Source: an uncultured bacterium
Lineage (GTDB): Bacteria; Auribacterota; Erginobacteria; Erginobacterales; Erginobacteraceae
Length of the DNA stretch: 64,000 nt
Direction: 5' to 3'
Assembly (NCBI GenBank): GCA_963822585.1
Contig: CAWGIE010000026.1
Location: 64,001 to 128,000 of the forward strand
The translations under genes and the position numbers were made by a program. Below the pieces are notes generated by a model that saw only the letters and a program-made list of their open reading frames with translations, was not told the origin of the DNA and made no database searches. Shown one piece after another: positions 1-9,755 of the stretch. Each line of letters opens with the position of its first letter. Within the stretch, counting starts at the first letter, position 1.

Positions 1-561
1 GAGTTTGGGGCCGGGGATTTTCGAGAAAAGGCGCCTCAGCCAGCGCTGGGGGGAGGGCCGGGTCGCGATCAGGATGATGACGACGGCCAGCGCCAGGCCG
101 GCGGCGATGAAATAAATCAGTCCGTCCAGAGACACCCCGAAGATGATCCCCCCGACAACAATGAAAAGAAGAAAGACGAGGATGTTCAGGAAAAGTTCGA
201 TCAGGATTGATGCCGTCCCCCGGGAGAGGGAAAAGCGGCGACATCTCTTCAGGTAGATGACCCGGGAAGCCTCTCCGGTGCGGAAAGGGAGGAGGCTCTT
301 CAACGGCGCGCTCCCCATCTTGATTAGGAAGGCTTCCCGGAAGGAGAGATCAAGTCCCAGGGGAACCAGAATTTTCTGCCACTTGATCGTGGCCAGCCAG
401 CAATTGGTCAGAAAAGAAACCGCCAGGGCCAGGACCAGGGGGAAGGGACGGGCATGTTCTACGGCGGTCAGTACACGGGTGGTGTCGATCTTCCGGAAGA
501 TCAGGACCAGCAGGACCACGGTCACCGCGAGACTGATAATCCATAGCAGGTTCTTTTTCAC
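1..561 (-). CDS. Lysylphosphatidylglycerol-synthase-TM/flippase-like membrane protein (runs off the window edge)
   Basis: Manual translation from GTG at 561: MKKNLLWIISLAVTVVLLVLIFRKID...IKWQKIL...LLPFRTGEASRVIYLKR; hydrophobic, with a P-x-R-x-GE-x-x-R motif. Confidence 0.65.
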   Translation of the reverse strand, partial: MKKNLLWIISLAVTVVLLVLIFRKIDTTRVLTAVEHARPFPLVLALAVSFLTNCWLATIKWQKILVPLGLDLSFREAFLIKMGSAPLKSLLPFRTGEASRVIYLKRCRRFSLSRGTASILIELFLNILVFLLFIVVGGIIFGVSLDGLIYFIAAGLALAVVIILIATRPSPQRWLRRLFSKIPGPKL

Positions 562-584
562 AGGACGATTTTTAAAAGACTGTT

Positions 585-1062
585 TTGACAGGACGATTTC
601 GGGACAGGACGATTATAAAAGACTGTTTTGACAAAACGTCAAAAATTAATTATTACGAATGAGGGTCTTCAAAGTGATTTCGAGTTGATTAAAGTTAATC
701 CACTGGATTGCTTGAAGAGGTGTGTGTTGTAAGAAACGTCTGAGATGTTGTTCGTATGTGGCTTGTCCCTTTTTGATCGCGGAGATATGAATCGCCAATT
801 CCGGGTTGAGGAGAGGCACTTTCTGTACACCGATACACTGATTATCGTCGATAATATCGATTCACCAGCGCATTCTGATATGTTTTTTCATCAAGAAGGC
901 GCCCCATGTCGTTATAGAGATTAAAAATAATCCCCATCACCCTGTAGTCAAGTGAATGATATTCTGTTCTGCTGATCGGTATGGGTTCAACAGCGCATTG
1001 AACAGGCATGTTTGCAACATTATAGTTTATTAAATCGTCATGTCCCAAAATCGTCCTGTCAA
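585..1062. mobile_element. Inverted-repeat-bounded cassette around the GxxExxY remnant
   Basis: ttgacaggacgatttcgggacaggacgatta (585-615) is the reverse complement of 1032-1062 with 3 mismatches; extra direct copies at 562-632. Confidence 0.6.
646..1009 (-). pseudogene. GxxExxY-family protein remnant (internal deletion/stop)
   Basis: N-terminus with GRLLDEKTYQNAL stops at 842; downstream frame encodes HLRRFLQHTPLQAIQWINFNQLEITLKTLI; AT-rich. Confidence 0.6.
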
Positions 1063-2556
1063 TTAATGTGGCAGGCGGGGGGAGCGTTGGTAGCGGGAAG
1101 TGAAGCCGGGGGCGTTCTCGTCGAAGGCCAGGAATTCCTCATCGGGCCGGGAAATGTTCTCCTGTTTGAAGACCATGTCGAGAAAGGCGAAAAACTTCCG
1201 CTTGAATTCATCGAAGGAATGAACCTGCCGGACCATCCGGAAGAGAAAGCCGGGCCGGGAATGGTAGGAGACATACGCCCACCGGGTCAACCGGTCGATC
1301 TCATCGTTGGTCAATCGGGTCCAGGGCCGGGGGAGAACCCGCTCATCGGTTTCCCCGAGAATGTATTTCTCCCAGTAATCGTAGCCGGTATCCCTGACCA
1401 GCTGCCGCCACATTCCGGTCAGCGGCTTGGCGGTCAGCTTCGAGAACTGGACGTAGTCAAGATCGAGCTTTTTCGCGAACCGCACCGTTTTCCGGACCGA
1501 TTCCCTGGTTTCGCCGGGCACGCCGACCAGAAAGAAGCCGAGCGGCCTGATCCCGGCCTCCTTGGTGAGGGCGATCGTCTCCGTGATCTGCTTGAGGGTG
1601 ATACCCTTGTTGATCCGATCCAGGATTTCCTGTGAACCAGACTCCAGGCCGTAATAGATGCGCCGGCACCCGGCCCGGTACATTGCCTCCAGAAGTTCAC
1701 CGTTGACGGTGTCCACCCGGGAACGGCAGGCCCAGGTCAGGTCAAGCTTCCTTTTCTCGAGTTCCCGGCAGATCGTCATCGTTCGTTCCCTGATCATGGG
1801 AAATTCGTAGTCGAAGATATCGATTTCCCTGATGCCGAACTTGTCATGACACTCCTGCATCTCATTGACGACGGTCAGGGGGGAGCGGGGGTTGTAGGCA
1901 GTCCGCCCGGCCTCGCAGAAAGTGCAGTGCATGGGACAACCGAGGCTGGTCACCATGACCGTGAAATTCTTCCGCTCGGTAGGAAATTCGGCATAGAGAT
2001 GATTCGGGAGGAGGTGCCGGGCGGGATTCGGAAAATCGTCGAACACGATCTTCTGGGGATGGGGAGTGACGATGACATCGGCGTTTTTTTTATACACCAG
2101 GCCGGGGACGTCGTCAAACCGGCGGCCGCCTTCCAGCTCCGCCAGGAGCGCGGGGAGGGTAAAATATGCCTGCTCCACCACCCCGAAATCAATCTCGGGC
2201 GGCGCGACGGATTGGCGGGGGTAAACCCTCAGGTTATAGCCGCCGATCAGGACCGGGATTTTCAGGTGTGTCTTTAGAAAACGTATCCACTCCAGTGTCT
2301 CGCGGAACATGTACGTCGTCATCATAAAGCCCAGGATGTCGGGTTGAAACTCCCGAAGCCGGTCCAGGGTCTCTTCTTTACTCAAACGAAGGGTCCTGGC
2401 ATCGATAATCGAGGCCGTATGGCCGGCTTTTTCCGCGATGGCGGCCGCCCAGGCAAGGCTGAGGGGAGGGAAAAGCCCGAAATATTTCTGGACGATCCTC
2501 AGGTTCTCTTCGTGGAGCTTGTATTTAAACGGATTGAAGACGAACGCTATTCTCAT
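1063..2556 (-). CDS. B12-binding-domain radical SAM protein
   Basis: N-terminal PPLSLA B12-binding domain; CPMHCTFC CxxxCxxC motif; GLESGS. Confidence 0.9.
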   Translation of the reverse strand: MRIAFVFNPFKYKLHEENLRIVQKYFGLFPPLSLAWAAAIAEKAGHTASIIDARTLRLSKEETLDRLREFQPDILGFMMTTYMFRETLEWIRFLKTHLKIPVLIGGYNLRVYPRQSVAPPEIDFGVVEQAYFTLPALLAELEGGRRFDDVPGLVYKKNADVIVTPHPQKIVFDDFPNPARHLLPNHLYAEFPTERKNFTVMVTSLGCPMHCTFCEAGRTAYNPRSPLTVVNEMQECHDKFGIREIDIFDYEFPMIRERTMTICRELEKRKLDLTWACRSRVDTVNGELLEAMYRAGCRRIYYGLESGSQEILDRINKGITLKQITETIALTKEAGIRPLGFFLVGVPGETRESVRKTVRFAKKLDLDYVQFSKLTAKPLTGMWRQLVRDTGYDYWEKYILGETDERVLPRPWTRLTNDEIDRLTRWAYVSYHSRPGFLFRMVRQVHSFDEFKRKFFAFLDMVFKQENISRPDEEFLAFDENAPGFTSRYQRSPRLPH

Positions 2557-2807
2557 ATTATAAATTAGCTCGCTGCGCTCGCAAATTTATAAGTTTTGAA
2601 CAATGACCACATTGATTCCTCCGGGGCAATGAAATTAAAGCAGATAGATTTTAACTTGGATTATCCGAAAAAATGTGAATAATCTAAATGAGTTGCTTTG
2701 CAGCTAATTTAAGAAGAACACCATACTAAATTAGCTCCGGAAAAGCTAATTTAAACTCTTGGATATTCTTTACCAAGCTATCGAACAATAATTTTTCCGG
2801 AGGAAAA

Positions 2808-2990
2808 ATGATGATTGAACTGGTTCTGGTTGTCTTTCTGTTATCGGTCGCCGTGATGGCGACCGTCATGGTAAAGGTCGGGATCAAAGCGGTCGATTTC
2901 ATGGAAGCGACCTATCGGTTTTATGAACGCCAGGACGAGGCGCAAAAACAGATAATCGAACTATTGCGGCGAGAGGACGCCTCCGCCTGA
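2808..2990 (+). CDS. Small single-TM hypothetical protein
   Basis: GGAGG RBS; 60 aa with hydrophobic N-terminus. Confidence 0.6.
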   Translation: MMIELVLVVFLLSVAVMATVMVKVGIKAVDFMEATYRFYERQDEAQKQIIELLRREDASA

Positions 2991-3037
2991 GCCTGAACCC
3001 GGGTGCGGTCTCTTCCCGATAACTTTTTTCGGAGAAA

Positions 3038-4018
3038 ATGATAAACGTGCTCTTACCGATCAAGAAAAACGGCCGATTCGGATATGTCAATCGGGAAGCT
3101 TCCTGGGTCATCGAACCCCGGTTTGACCTTGCCTTTCCCTTTTATGAAGGGTCGGCCCTGGTTTCTCTCCCCGGAAAAACACTGACCGGCAAGACGGGCC
3201 AACGATACGGCTACATCGACGATACCGGCCGGATGGTTATCAAACCCCGATTCCGGGAAGCATTTTCTTTTTCGGAAGGACTGGCCACGGTGATTCCTCC
3301 CGGTCTCACGCGGCATCGCTGGGGATACATCGATGCCGGCGGAAAAATCATCATCCGTCCCCGATTCATGGTCACCGGGAGTTTTTTTGGCGGTCTGGCC
3401 CGGGCCTCGGAGCGAGGTCCCGTGGGTTTTATCGACCAGGAGGGGAAATTTGTTATTCCCCCCCGTTTCGATTCGGCCGGTGATTTTTCAGAGGACCTGG
3501 CGGCGGTGAAGATGGAAGGGGAGCAGAAGTGGGGGTATGTGGGACGCACGGGCGAGAGGGTGGTCCGGCCGGAATTCGATTGGGCGGAATCCTTTTCCGG
3601 GGGGCTGGCCCGGGTAAACAGCGGCGGCAAGTGGGGGTTCATTGACCGGATGGGCAGGTATCGTTGCCGTCCGGTTTTCGATTACGCGTATGATTTTTCG
3701 GAAGGACTGGCGCCGGTGGCCGTGGAGAGGACCTTCGACAAAATACTCCAGACCCGGACCGGCGGCAAGTGGGGATATATCGATCAGAACGGGAGGGGGG
3801 TCATTGACTCTCTTTACGACCGGGCTTTCCCTTTCTTCGACGGGAGAGCCCGGATTATGCTCTGTGATCGTTGGAATTACATCGATAAAAACGGGGAGCT
3901 GCTGACCGATGCCCGGTATGACGATGCCACCGATTTTCATGGGGGTATCGCCCGTGTCTGGATCGGGAAACAGCAGTTTGTCATTGATACGGAAGGCAAG
4001 ACCAGCCCGATTGTGTAA
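3038..4018 (+). CDS. WG-repeat-containing protein
   Basis: Repeats of KWGYID..G..VI.P.FD.A..FSEGLA. Confidence 0.9.
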   Translation: MINVLLPIKKNGRFGYVNREASWVIEPRFDLAFPFYEGSALVSLPGKTLTGKTGQRYGYIDDTGRMVIKPRFREAFSFSEGLATVIPPGLTRHRWGYIDAGGKIIIRPRFMVTGSFFGGLARASERGPVGFIDQEGKFVIPPRFDSAGDFSEDLAAVKMEGEQKWGYVGRTGERVVRPEFDWAESFSGGLARVNSGGKWGFIDRMGRYRCRPVFDYAYDFSEGLAPVAVERTFDKILQTRTGGKWGYIDQNGRGVIDSLYDRAFPFFDGRARIMLCDRWNYIDKNGELLTDARYDDATDFHGGIARVWIGKQQFVIDTEGKTSPIV

Positions 4019-4020
4019 AA

Positions 4021-4182
4021 CTGAACGTCCAACGTCGAACGTCGAACGGGAAAACGCAAAGCGGAGAGGGCAGAGCGCATTGAGCCCGGGGATGCAGTGA
4101 TCAGTAATCGGTGATCAGTGATCAGTGGCGAGGGAAAAAACTGAACGTTCAACGTCGAACGTTCAACGTCCAACGTCGAACG
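4021..4182. repeat. Heptamer tandem repeats (aacgtcg/aacgttc; gtgatca)
   Basis: Blocks at 4021-4048, 4096-4128 and 4141-4182. Confidence 0.7.
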
Positions 4183-4381
4183 ACAGAAGCAGAGACCACC
4201 AATCCTATTTAATCACATTCAATCGTCTGCCCCGCCCCGAGGTTTTAATCAGGGTTTCAAAAAGGGGGTGAGGCGGGGGGCTTTTGTGAATTTTGCGTCT
4301 TTTTGCGGCTAAAAAAAGGGGCGCGGCGGGGGTTTCTTTTGTAAATTGTGCTTTGTTGCGGCTGATGAAGGGAGGGAGAAG

Positions 4382-5242
4382 ATGACGATCAGGGAGAGAG
4401 TGCTGCCCCCGGGCTGGTACCCGGGGAGTGCCGGGGAGACACGGGAGGCTATCGAGAGATTTCTGCGGGATATCGGGGGACCTCCCCCGGAGGGAAAGAT
4501 GACGGGGATCGCGGGGATCGCCCCCCACGCCGGATGGGAATTCTCGGGGCGGTGCGCCCTGGCGGTTCTCCTGCGCCTCCGCCAGCCGGTGGATACCGTC
4601 GTGGTAGTGGGAGGACATCTGGGGCCCTCGTCCGGCCTCCTGGCCGCTTCCGAGGCGGGGTACGAGACTCCCCTGGGAACGATCGAGGCGGATCTGCCGC
4701 TCCTGGAAAAGATCGGCAGCTATTGCGGGACCCCTCTCCGGGAAGACCGCCACCCCGATAACACGGTCGAGGTTCAGCTGCCCTTCATCAAGTATCTCTT
4801 CCCGCCGAGCCGGGCTCTTTACCTTCGGAGCGCTCCTTCAGCCGCCGCCGTGGATCTCGGCCGGGCGATAAAAGAAGCCGCCGACGAACTGGGGCGGAAG
4901 GTCGTCGTCCTCGGTTCGACCGACCTGACCCATTACGGCAGCAACTACGGTTTCTCCCCGGCTGGAAGGGGAGAAAAAGCGGTCGCCTGGGTCAAGGAAG
5001 TCAACGACCGCGAATTTGTCAACAACCTGCTGGCCCTGGATGCCGAGGGCGCTCTTCGCCACGCCGGGGCAAACCAATCGGCCTGTTCCGCGGGCGGTGC
5101 CGCCGCCGCCGTTTCCTTCGCCCGGGAGTCGGGGGTCAAACAGGGAGAACTGATCGATTATTTCACCAGTTACGACATTTATCCGAACGAGTCGTTCGTC
5201 GGCTATGCGGGGATAGTATACGAAATGACGAAGTCAGAATGA
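4382..5242 (+). CDS. amrB: AmmeMemoRadiSam system protein B (MEMO1 family)
   Basis: PGWYP, APHAGW.FSG, EVQLPF, STDLTHYG and SFVGYAGI motifs; RBS before ATG 4382. Confidence 0.85.
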   Translation: MTIRERVLPPGWYPGSAGETREAIERFLRDIGGPPPEGKMTGIAGIAPHAGWEFSGRCALAVLLRLRQPVDTVVVVGGHLGPSSGLLAASEAGYETPLGTIEADLPLLEKIGSYCGTPLREDRHPDNTVEVQLPFIKYLFPPSRALYLRSAPSAAAVDLGRAIKEAADELGRKVVVLGSTDLTHYGSNYGFSPAGRGEKAVAWVKEVNDREFVNNLLALDAEGALRHAGANQSACSAGGAAAAVSFARESGVKQGELIDYFTSYDIYPNESFVGYAGIVYEMTKSE

Positions 5243-5375
5243 CGAAACCCGAATGAAATCATAATAACAAATAACTGAATTCCCAATTTTCCTTCCGACT
5301 ATGCGACGTGGACCGCCGGAGCACATTTCGTCATTAAACATTCGGTTTTCCTCATTCTTTCGTCATTCGTCATTT
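5222..5375. repeat. Inverted block of aatgacg/cgtcatt units
   Basis: gaaatgacgaagtcagaatgacgaaacccgaatg versus cattcggttttcctcattctttcgtcattcgtcatt. Confidence 0.65.
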
Positions 5376-5389
5376 TTAACCCGAGATGA

Positions 5390-5644
5390 TCAAAGATCAT
5401 TTTTCGGGTCGGATCTCTTCATTTGTGATCTTTCCAGCAGCTCTTCCTGAAGCCGCTTCATCTTCTCCCGCTGGGCGGCTTCCGCTTCCGGGTTGGCTTC
5501 GATAACGAAGTTAAGAATGCTGCCGTCATGGACGCCTTCCGGGAGAAACTCAACCGGCCAGATGAAATCTCCCGCCACCCCCTCGATCTCGAGAACGGCC
5601 AGAGATCCGTCCTCGATCCGGTCGATCACCACGCGAAGTTTCAT
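5390..5644 (-). CDS. DUF3006 family protein
   Basis: MKLRVVIDRIEDGSLAVLE...LPEGVHDGSIL; GGAGG RBS. Confidence 0.8.
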   Translation of the reverse strand: MKLRVVIDRIEDGSLAVLEIEGVAGDFIWPVEFLPEGVHDGSILNFVIEANPEAEAAQREKMKRLQEELLERSQMKRSDPKNDL

Positions 5645-5670
5645 GAGTTCACCTCCCAAAAAATGATTAT

Positions 5671-5885
5671 AACCACGAAGGACACGAAGAACACGAAGGA
5701 TAATAGAAAAGGAGACAGCCCAATTATTTGTCACGCCTTGAAACTTTTGCTGACGTTATAAGAAAAGGAAATTGTGTTGAGACAGTGTGTCCCGGACAAA
5801 ATGAATCAAACGATGAATTATATGTCGGAGTAACTCAAATCTTTTTAAATATTTTTCTTCGTGCTCTTCGTGTCCTTCGTGGTTT
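5671..5885. repeat. Inverted-repeat element of acacgaag(g/a) 9-mers
   Basis: aaccacgaaggacacgaagaacacgaag ... cttcgtgctcttcgtgtccttcgtggtt; same family at 58238-58410 and 61436-61535. Confidence 0.8.
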
Positions 5886-5895
5886 TAAAAAGATA

Positions 5896-7152
5896 TTAAT
5901 CCGATTTCGCGGCTCGCTGGATGATGCGGCAGACAGCCCGGTTCCGTTTTCTTCTCCACCAGGAGTTCAGGTCGCGGGCAAGCCGCCGGTCGATCTCCGG
6001 GATTTTATCGGGGTGCTTCCGGATATATTTTTCTCCGGCCGAATACGCGGAGAGAATCTCGTCAAAACCGTAACGGAAAAACACCGCGGTGTCGCCGGCG
6101 ATCGCCACCCGGGCGGCGATGCTCCCCAGGCAGGCCGGCCCGACCGCCTGTTGGAAATAGGTATAACGGCCGGGGGCATGGTCCTCTTCCTGAAAGTGGA
6201 GGAAGATCAGGGCCGCCGCGCGCGCGTCGGCGGTGGCGCGGTGCCAGTCTTTCAGTTCGATCCCGAGGGCCTCCGCCACCGCTCCCAGGCGGTGGCTCTG
6301 TCCCGGCATTCGGGACCTCGCCTGGACCAGCGTGCAGTATTTCTCGTTGTTCAGCCGCCGTCCCAGGAGCTTCCGGGAGGCGTGGGAGAGAAAAGGATAG
6401 TCGAAATCGATATTATGGGCGATCAGGGTGTCGTTGCCGATAAAATCCAGGAAAGAAGGCAGCACCTCCTTCAGGGGGGGGGCTTTTTTTAGATCATTAT
6501 CGGAAATACCGGTCAAGCGCGTTATCTCGGCCGGGAGGGGGTGAGCGGGTTTGGCCAGGGCGCTATACTCTTCTCCCAAATGGCCGTTTCGGATTCTGAC
6601 CGCGCCGATCTCGATAATCTCATCCCCGCCGGGGTTTTTTCCGGTTGTTTCGAGGTCGAAAGCGACATATTTTTTGCCGAAATCTTTCTCCGTGGAGCGC
6701 TGTCGCGCCTCCCCCAGCTTGAAGACCAGCCCGCTCAACGCATACTGCCCCCCATCGGGGACCGAGGAAGAAATGGAGACGGATACGTCCGGGGAACGGT
6801 AACATAGTTCTTCCGGTCGCGTCAGATCGAGAAACGGCGGACCGCTCTCCTCCCCGGCCAGGAGCAGGGACCGGTTTTTTTTAAATATCCGCCGGAAAAA
6901 GGCGCCGGCCACGACCGAGTCCGGTGAATTCCCTTCCCGAATGGAGATTGGCCGCCCGGCCCCCAGCCTGGCTCCGATCGCCGACAGCATCCGCCCCAAT
7001 CCGGGGATGGAGAAGGGGGGGAGGAGTCGGGAAGGGGAAGCCCGTAAAAGCGTCTCTTCCGAGAAAGTGATCCCGGAAAGGAGAGATTTTATTTCAGGGG
7101 GCAGTTCCAGCCCATGGTGGATTTTTGCGATGACTTGTTGAATATCAGCCAT
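5896..7152 (-). CDS. DnaQ-like DEDDh 3'-5' exonuclease within a degenerate RecJ-like scaffold
   Basis: Intact VAFDLETTG, AHNIDFD and HRATADA motifs; flanks resemble RecJ segments. Confidence 0.75.
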   Translation of the reverse strand: MADIQQVIAKIHHGLELPPEIKSLLSGITFSEETLLRASPSRLLPPFSIPGLGRMLSAIGARLGAGRPISIREGNSPDSVVAGAFFRRIFKKNRSLLLAGEESGPPFLDLTRPEELCYRSPDVSVSISSSVPDGGQYALSGLVFKLGEARQRSTEKDFGKKYVAFDLETTGKNPGGDEIIEIGAVRIRNGHLGEEYSALAKPAHPLPAEITRLTGISDNDLKKAPPLKEVLPSFLDFIGNDTLIAHNIDFDYPFLSHASRKLLGRRLNNEKYCTLVQARSRMPGQSHRLGAVAEALGIELKDWHRATADARAAALIFLHFQEEDHAPGRYTYFQQAVGPACLGSIAARVAIAGDTAVFFRYGFDEILSAYSAGEKYIRKHPDKIPEIDRRLARDLNSWWRRKRNRAVCRIIQRAAKSD

Positions 7153-7223
7153 GTGGAGGCAAACCCCGAATCAGGAAAAGATGATAGTAACTGAACCCTG
7201 TTCGAAAAGGTATTGGACCGGGA

Positions 7224-7370
7224 AATCTTAAATCCTAATATCGAAATCCTAAATAAATTCAAGATCCAAATGACCAAATATCTAAATAACGCGGTGCGCG
7301 GCGAAATTGTTTTGAATTTATGATTTCGGCCATTTGATATTATTTAGGATTGAGATATTAGAATTTGAAA
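7224..7370. repeat. AT-rich inverted block of aaatc(c/t)t/aatatcg units
   Basis: aaatcttaaatcctaatatcgaaatcctaaataaattc versus gatattatttaggattgagatattagaatttg. Confidence 0.65.
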
Positions 7371-7412
7371 GTTTACGAGCTTTTCTAATAAGCTCTCACT
7401 ATTACTTGACTA

Positions 7413-8234
7413 CTAAATTTCCTTTATAATCTCGCCGATCAGCCTGGCCAGGTTCCCGCTGGCTTTCGCGGCCGCCCGGGTAACCTCTTCGTGAGTGAGC
7501 GGTTCGGTCCGGGTCGCGCTGACCAGGTTGGAGATAAAGGTGATGGCCAGGAAACGCAGCCCCAGATAACTGGAAACGATTGCTTCCGGAACGGTGGACA
7601 TCCCGACCGCGTCCGCGCCCAGTTTGGCCGCCATGGCGATCTCCGCCTTGGTCTCGTAACTGGGTCCGGGAAAAGAGATCAATACCCCCTGGTGGAGGTT
7701 GATGCCGGCCTTCTTTGCCGCCCGGAGAGCGAGTTCACCCAGGCCGGGATGGTAGGCTTCCGACATGTCCGGGAACCGGGGACCGACACTATCGTCATTG
7801 GGACCGCTCAGCGGGTTGAGGAACATGAAGTTGATGTGGTCCCTGACCAGCATCAGGTCTCCCCCCGAGAAGTCGGGGTTGATGCCCCCGGCGGCGTTGG
7901 TGTTGATGACGGTCGTCACTCCGAGGGCCTTCATCACGAAGAGAGGGTACATGACTTTCGCCGCTCCGATGCCCTCGTAGAAATGAACACGGCCTTCCTG
8001 AACGACGATGTTCTTGCCCGCAAAAGTACCGAAGGCCAGCCGTCCTCCGTGGCCTTTAACGGAAGAGACCGGAAAGTTGGGGATATCGGAATAGGGGATA
8101 TGGATGGCATCTTCCAGCAGTTCAACCACCGCTCCCAGTCCCGAGCCGAGAACAATGCCGATCTCCGGCTTGATCTTTATCCGCGAGTGAAGAAAATCAA
8201 CCGTCTCCTGTATTGATTTTTTATCGACTATCAT
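7413..8234 (-). CDS. punA: Purine-nucleoside phosphorylase (trimeric PNP type)
   Basis: GIVLGSGLG, GRVHFYEG, TNAAGG, GPSYET.AE, GMSTVPE. Confidence 0.93.
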   Translation of the reverse strand: MIVDKKSIQETVDFLHSRIKIKPEIGIVLGSGLGAVVELLEDAIHIPYSDIPNFPVSSVKGHGGRLAFGTFAGKNIVVQEGRVHFYEGIGAAKVMYPLFVMKALGVTTVINTNAAGGINPDFSGGDLMLVRDHINFMFLNPLSGPNDDSVGPRFPDMSEAYHPGLGELALRAAKKAGINLHQGVLISFPGPSYETKAEIAMAAKLGADAVGMSTVPEAIVSSYLGLRFLAITFISNLVSATRTEPLTHEEVTRAAAKASGNLARLIGEIIKEI

Positions 8235-8277
8235 AAGAACCTCCTCTGAATATAGTCTGTAACGATTATGTGAGTGC

Positions 8278-8372
8278 GTAATGGAGTAGTGGAGTGATGG
8301 AACGATGGAGTGCTGGATTCCGGCGCCCCGGCCTTCATCACTCCAATACTCCACTACTCCATCATTCCATTT
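8278..8372. repeat. Inverted block of (a/g)tggagt(a/g) 8-mers
   Basis: gtaatggagtagtggagtgatgg ... cactccaatactccactactccatcattcc; same family at 9581-9690 and 62590-62630. Confidence 0.75.
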
Positions 8373-8379
8373 TACATCC

Positions 8380-9555
8380 TCAGATCATGCTGATCTCGCC
8401 TAAGAAACTCTTGCCGGATTTCATCTTCGGCAATCCCAGGTATTCGCCGATCGTTTGGGCGATGTCGGCGAAGCTCCCCCGGGTGCCCAGGTTCACCCCC
8501 GGTCTGACCGGCTGACCGTTGACGAGCAGGGGGATATACTCCCGGGTGTGGTCGGTATGGACGGTAAACGTGGGATCGCAGCCGTGATCGGCCGTGATGA
8601 AGAGAATATCTTCCGGCCCCAGCGCGTTCAGTATCTCCGGAATCCGGCGGTCAAAATCCTCCAGCGCTTCCGCGTAGGCCCCGGTATCGCGGCGGTGTCC
8701 GTACTTCATGTCGAAATCGACCAGGTTGGTGAAGATCAGGCTGAAGCCCTTCTCCTTCATGGCTTCCAGTGTCTTGTCCACGCCGTCCATGTTATCCTCG
8801 ATACTGACCGTTTCACTGACCCCCTTCCCGGCGAAGATATCGTAGATTTTACCGACCCCGTATGTTTTCCCCCCGGTTTTGATGATAACGTCAAGAAGAG
8901 TGTCAGCGGGCGGGGTGAAGGAAAAGTCATGGCGGTGGGCCGTTCGCTCGAAACTGCCCGGTTTGCCCACGAATGGGCGGGCGATGACTCGTGCCACCCC
9001 ATGCTCCCCGGTGAGAAGTTCACGGGCCTGCCGGCAGATCCGGTATAGTTCGTCGAGGGGGATGATCTCCTCGTGGGCGGCGATCTGAAAAACGCTGTCG
9101 GCGGAGGTGTAGATGATCGGATACCCGGTTCGCACGTGTTCTTCGCCCAGGGCCTTAATGATCTCGGTTCCCGAGGCGGCGTAGTTGCCGAGCGTCTTGC
9201 GGCCGATCTTCTTTTCAAACGCCTCCACCAACTCGGCGGGGAATCCGTTCGGATAGACCGGGAAGGGGCGTTCCGATACCAGCCCGGCGATCTCCCAGTG
9301 TCCCACGGTTGTGTCTTTCCCCTGAGACAGTTCGCCCAGTTTTCCGTAGGCTCCGGAGGGGGAGGGGGAGGGGGGGACACCGCGCAGGGGGGCGATGTTG
9401 CCGAGACCCATCTTCTCCATGTTCGGCATCGTGAAACCGGAGACATTTTCCGCGATATGTCCCAGGGTATTCGCCCCGGCGTCTCCAAAGGCCGCGGCGT
9501 CGGGCAATTCGCCGATCCCCGCGCTGTCCAGTACGATAATAATTGCTCGTTTCAT
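8380..9555 (-). CDS. deoB: Phosphopentomutase
   Basis: [57 protein letters not shown]. Confidence 0.96.
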   Translation of the reverse strand: MKRAIIIVLDSAGIGELPDAAAFGDAGANTLGHIAENVSGFTMPNMEKMGLGNIAPLRGVPPSPSPSGAYGKLGELSQGKDTTVGHWEIAGLVSERPFPVYPNGFPAELVEAFEKKIGRKTLGNYAASGTEIIKALGEEHVRTGYPIIYTSADSVFQIAAHEEIIPLDELYRICRQARELLTGEHGVARVIARPFVGKPGSFERTAHRHDFSFTPPADTLLDVIIKTGGKTYGVGKIYDIFAGKGVSETVSIEDNMDGVDKTLEAMKEKGFSLIFTNLVDFDMKYGHRRDTGAYAEALEDFDRRIPEILNALGPEDILFITADHGCDPTFTVHTDHTREYIPLLVNGQPVRPGVNLGTRGSFADIAQTIGEYLGLPKMKSGKSFLGEISMI

Positions 9556-9755
9556 AAAGACGGCTCCGTTGGTTGAAAAAAATGGAGTAATGGAATAGTG
9601 GAGTGGTGGATCGATTCCCCGCCCGACCCCGGGGGCAGGAAGCCGGGGCTTTCTCCATTACTCCAGCACTCCAGAACTCCAGTACTCCTTTCCCTGCGTA
9701 ACCTTCCTGCAATGTCTACATGCTGCTTGTTTTTGTTACAGCGGTATCCTTTCCC

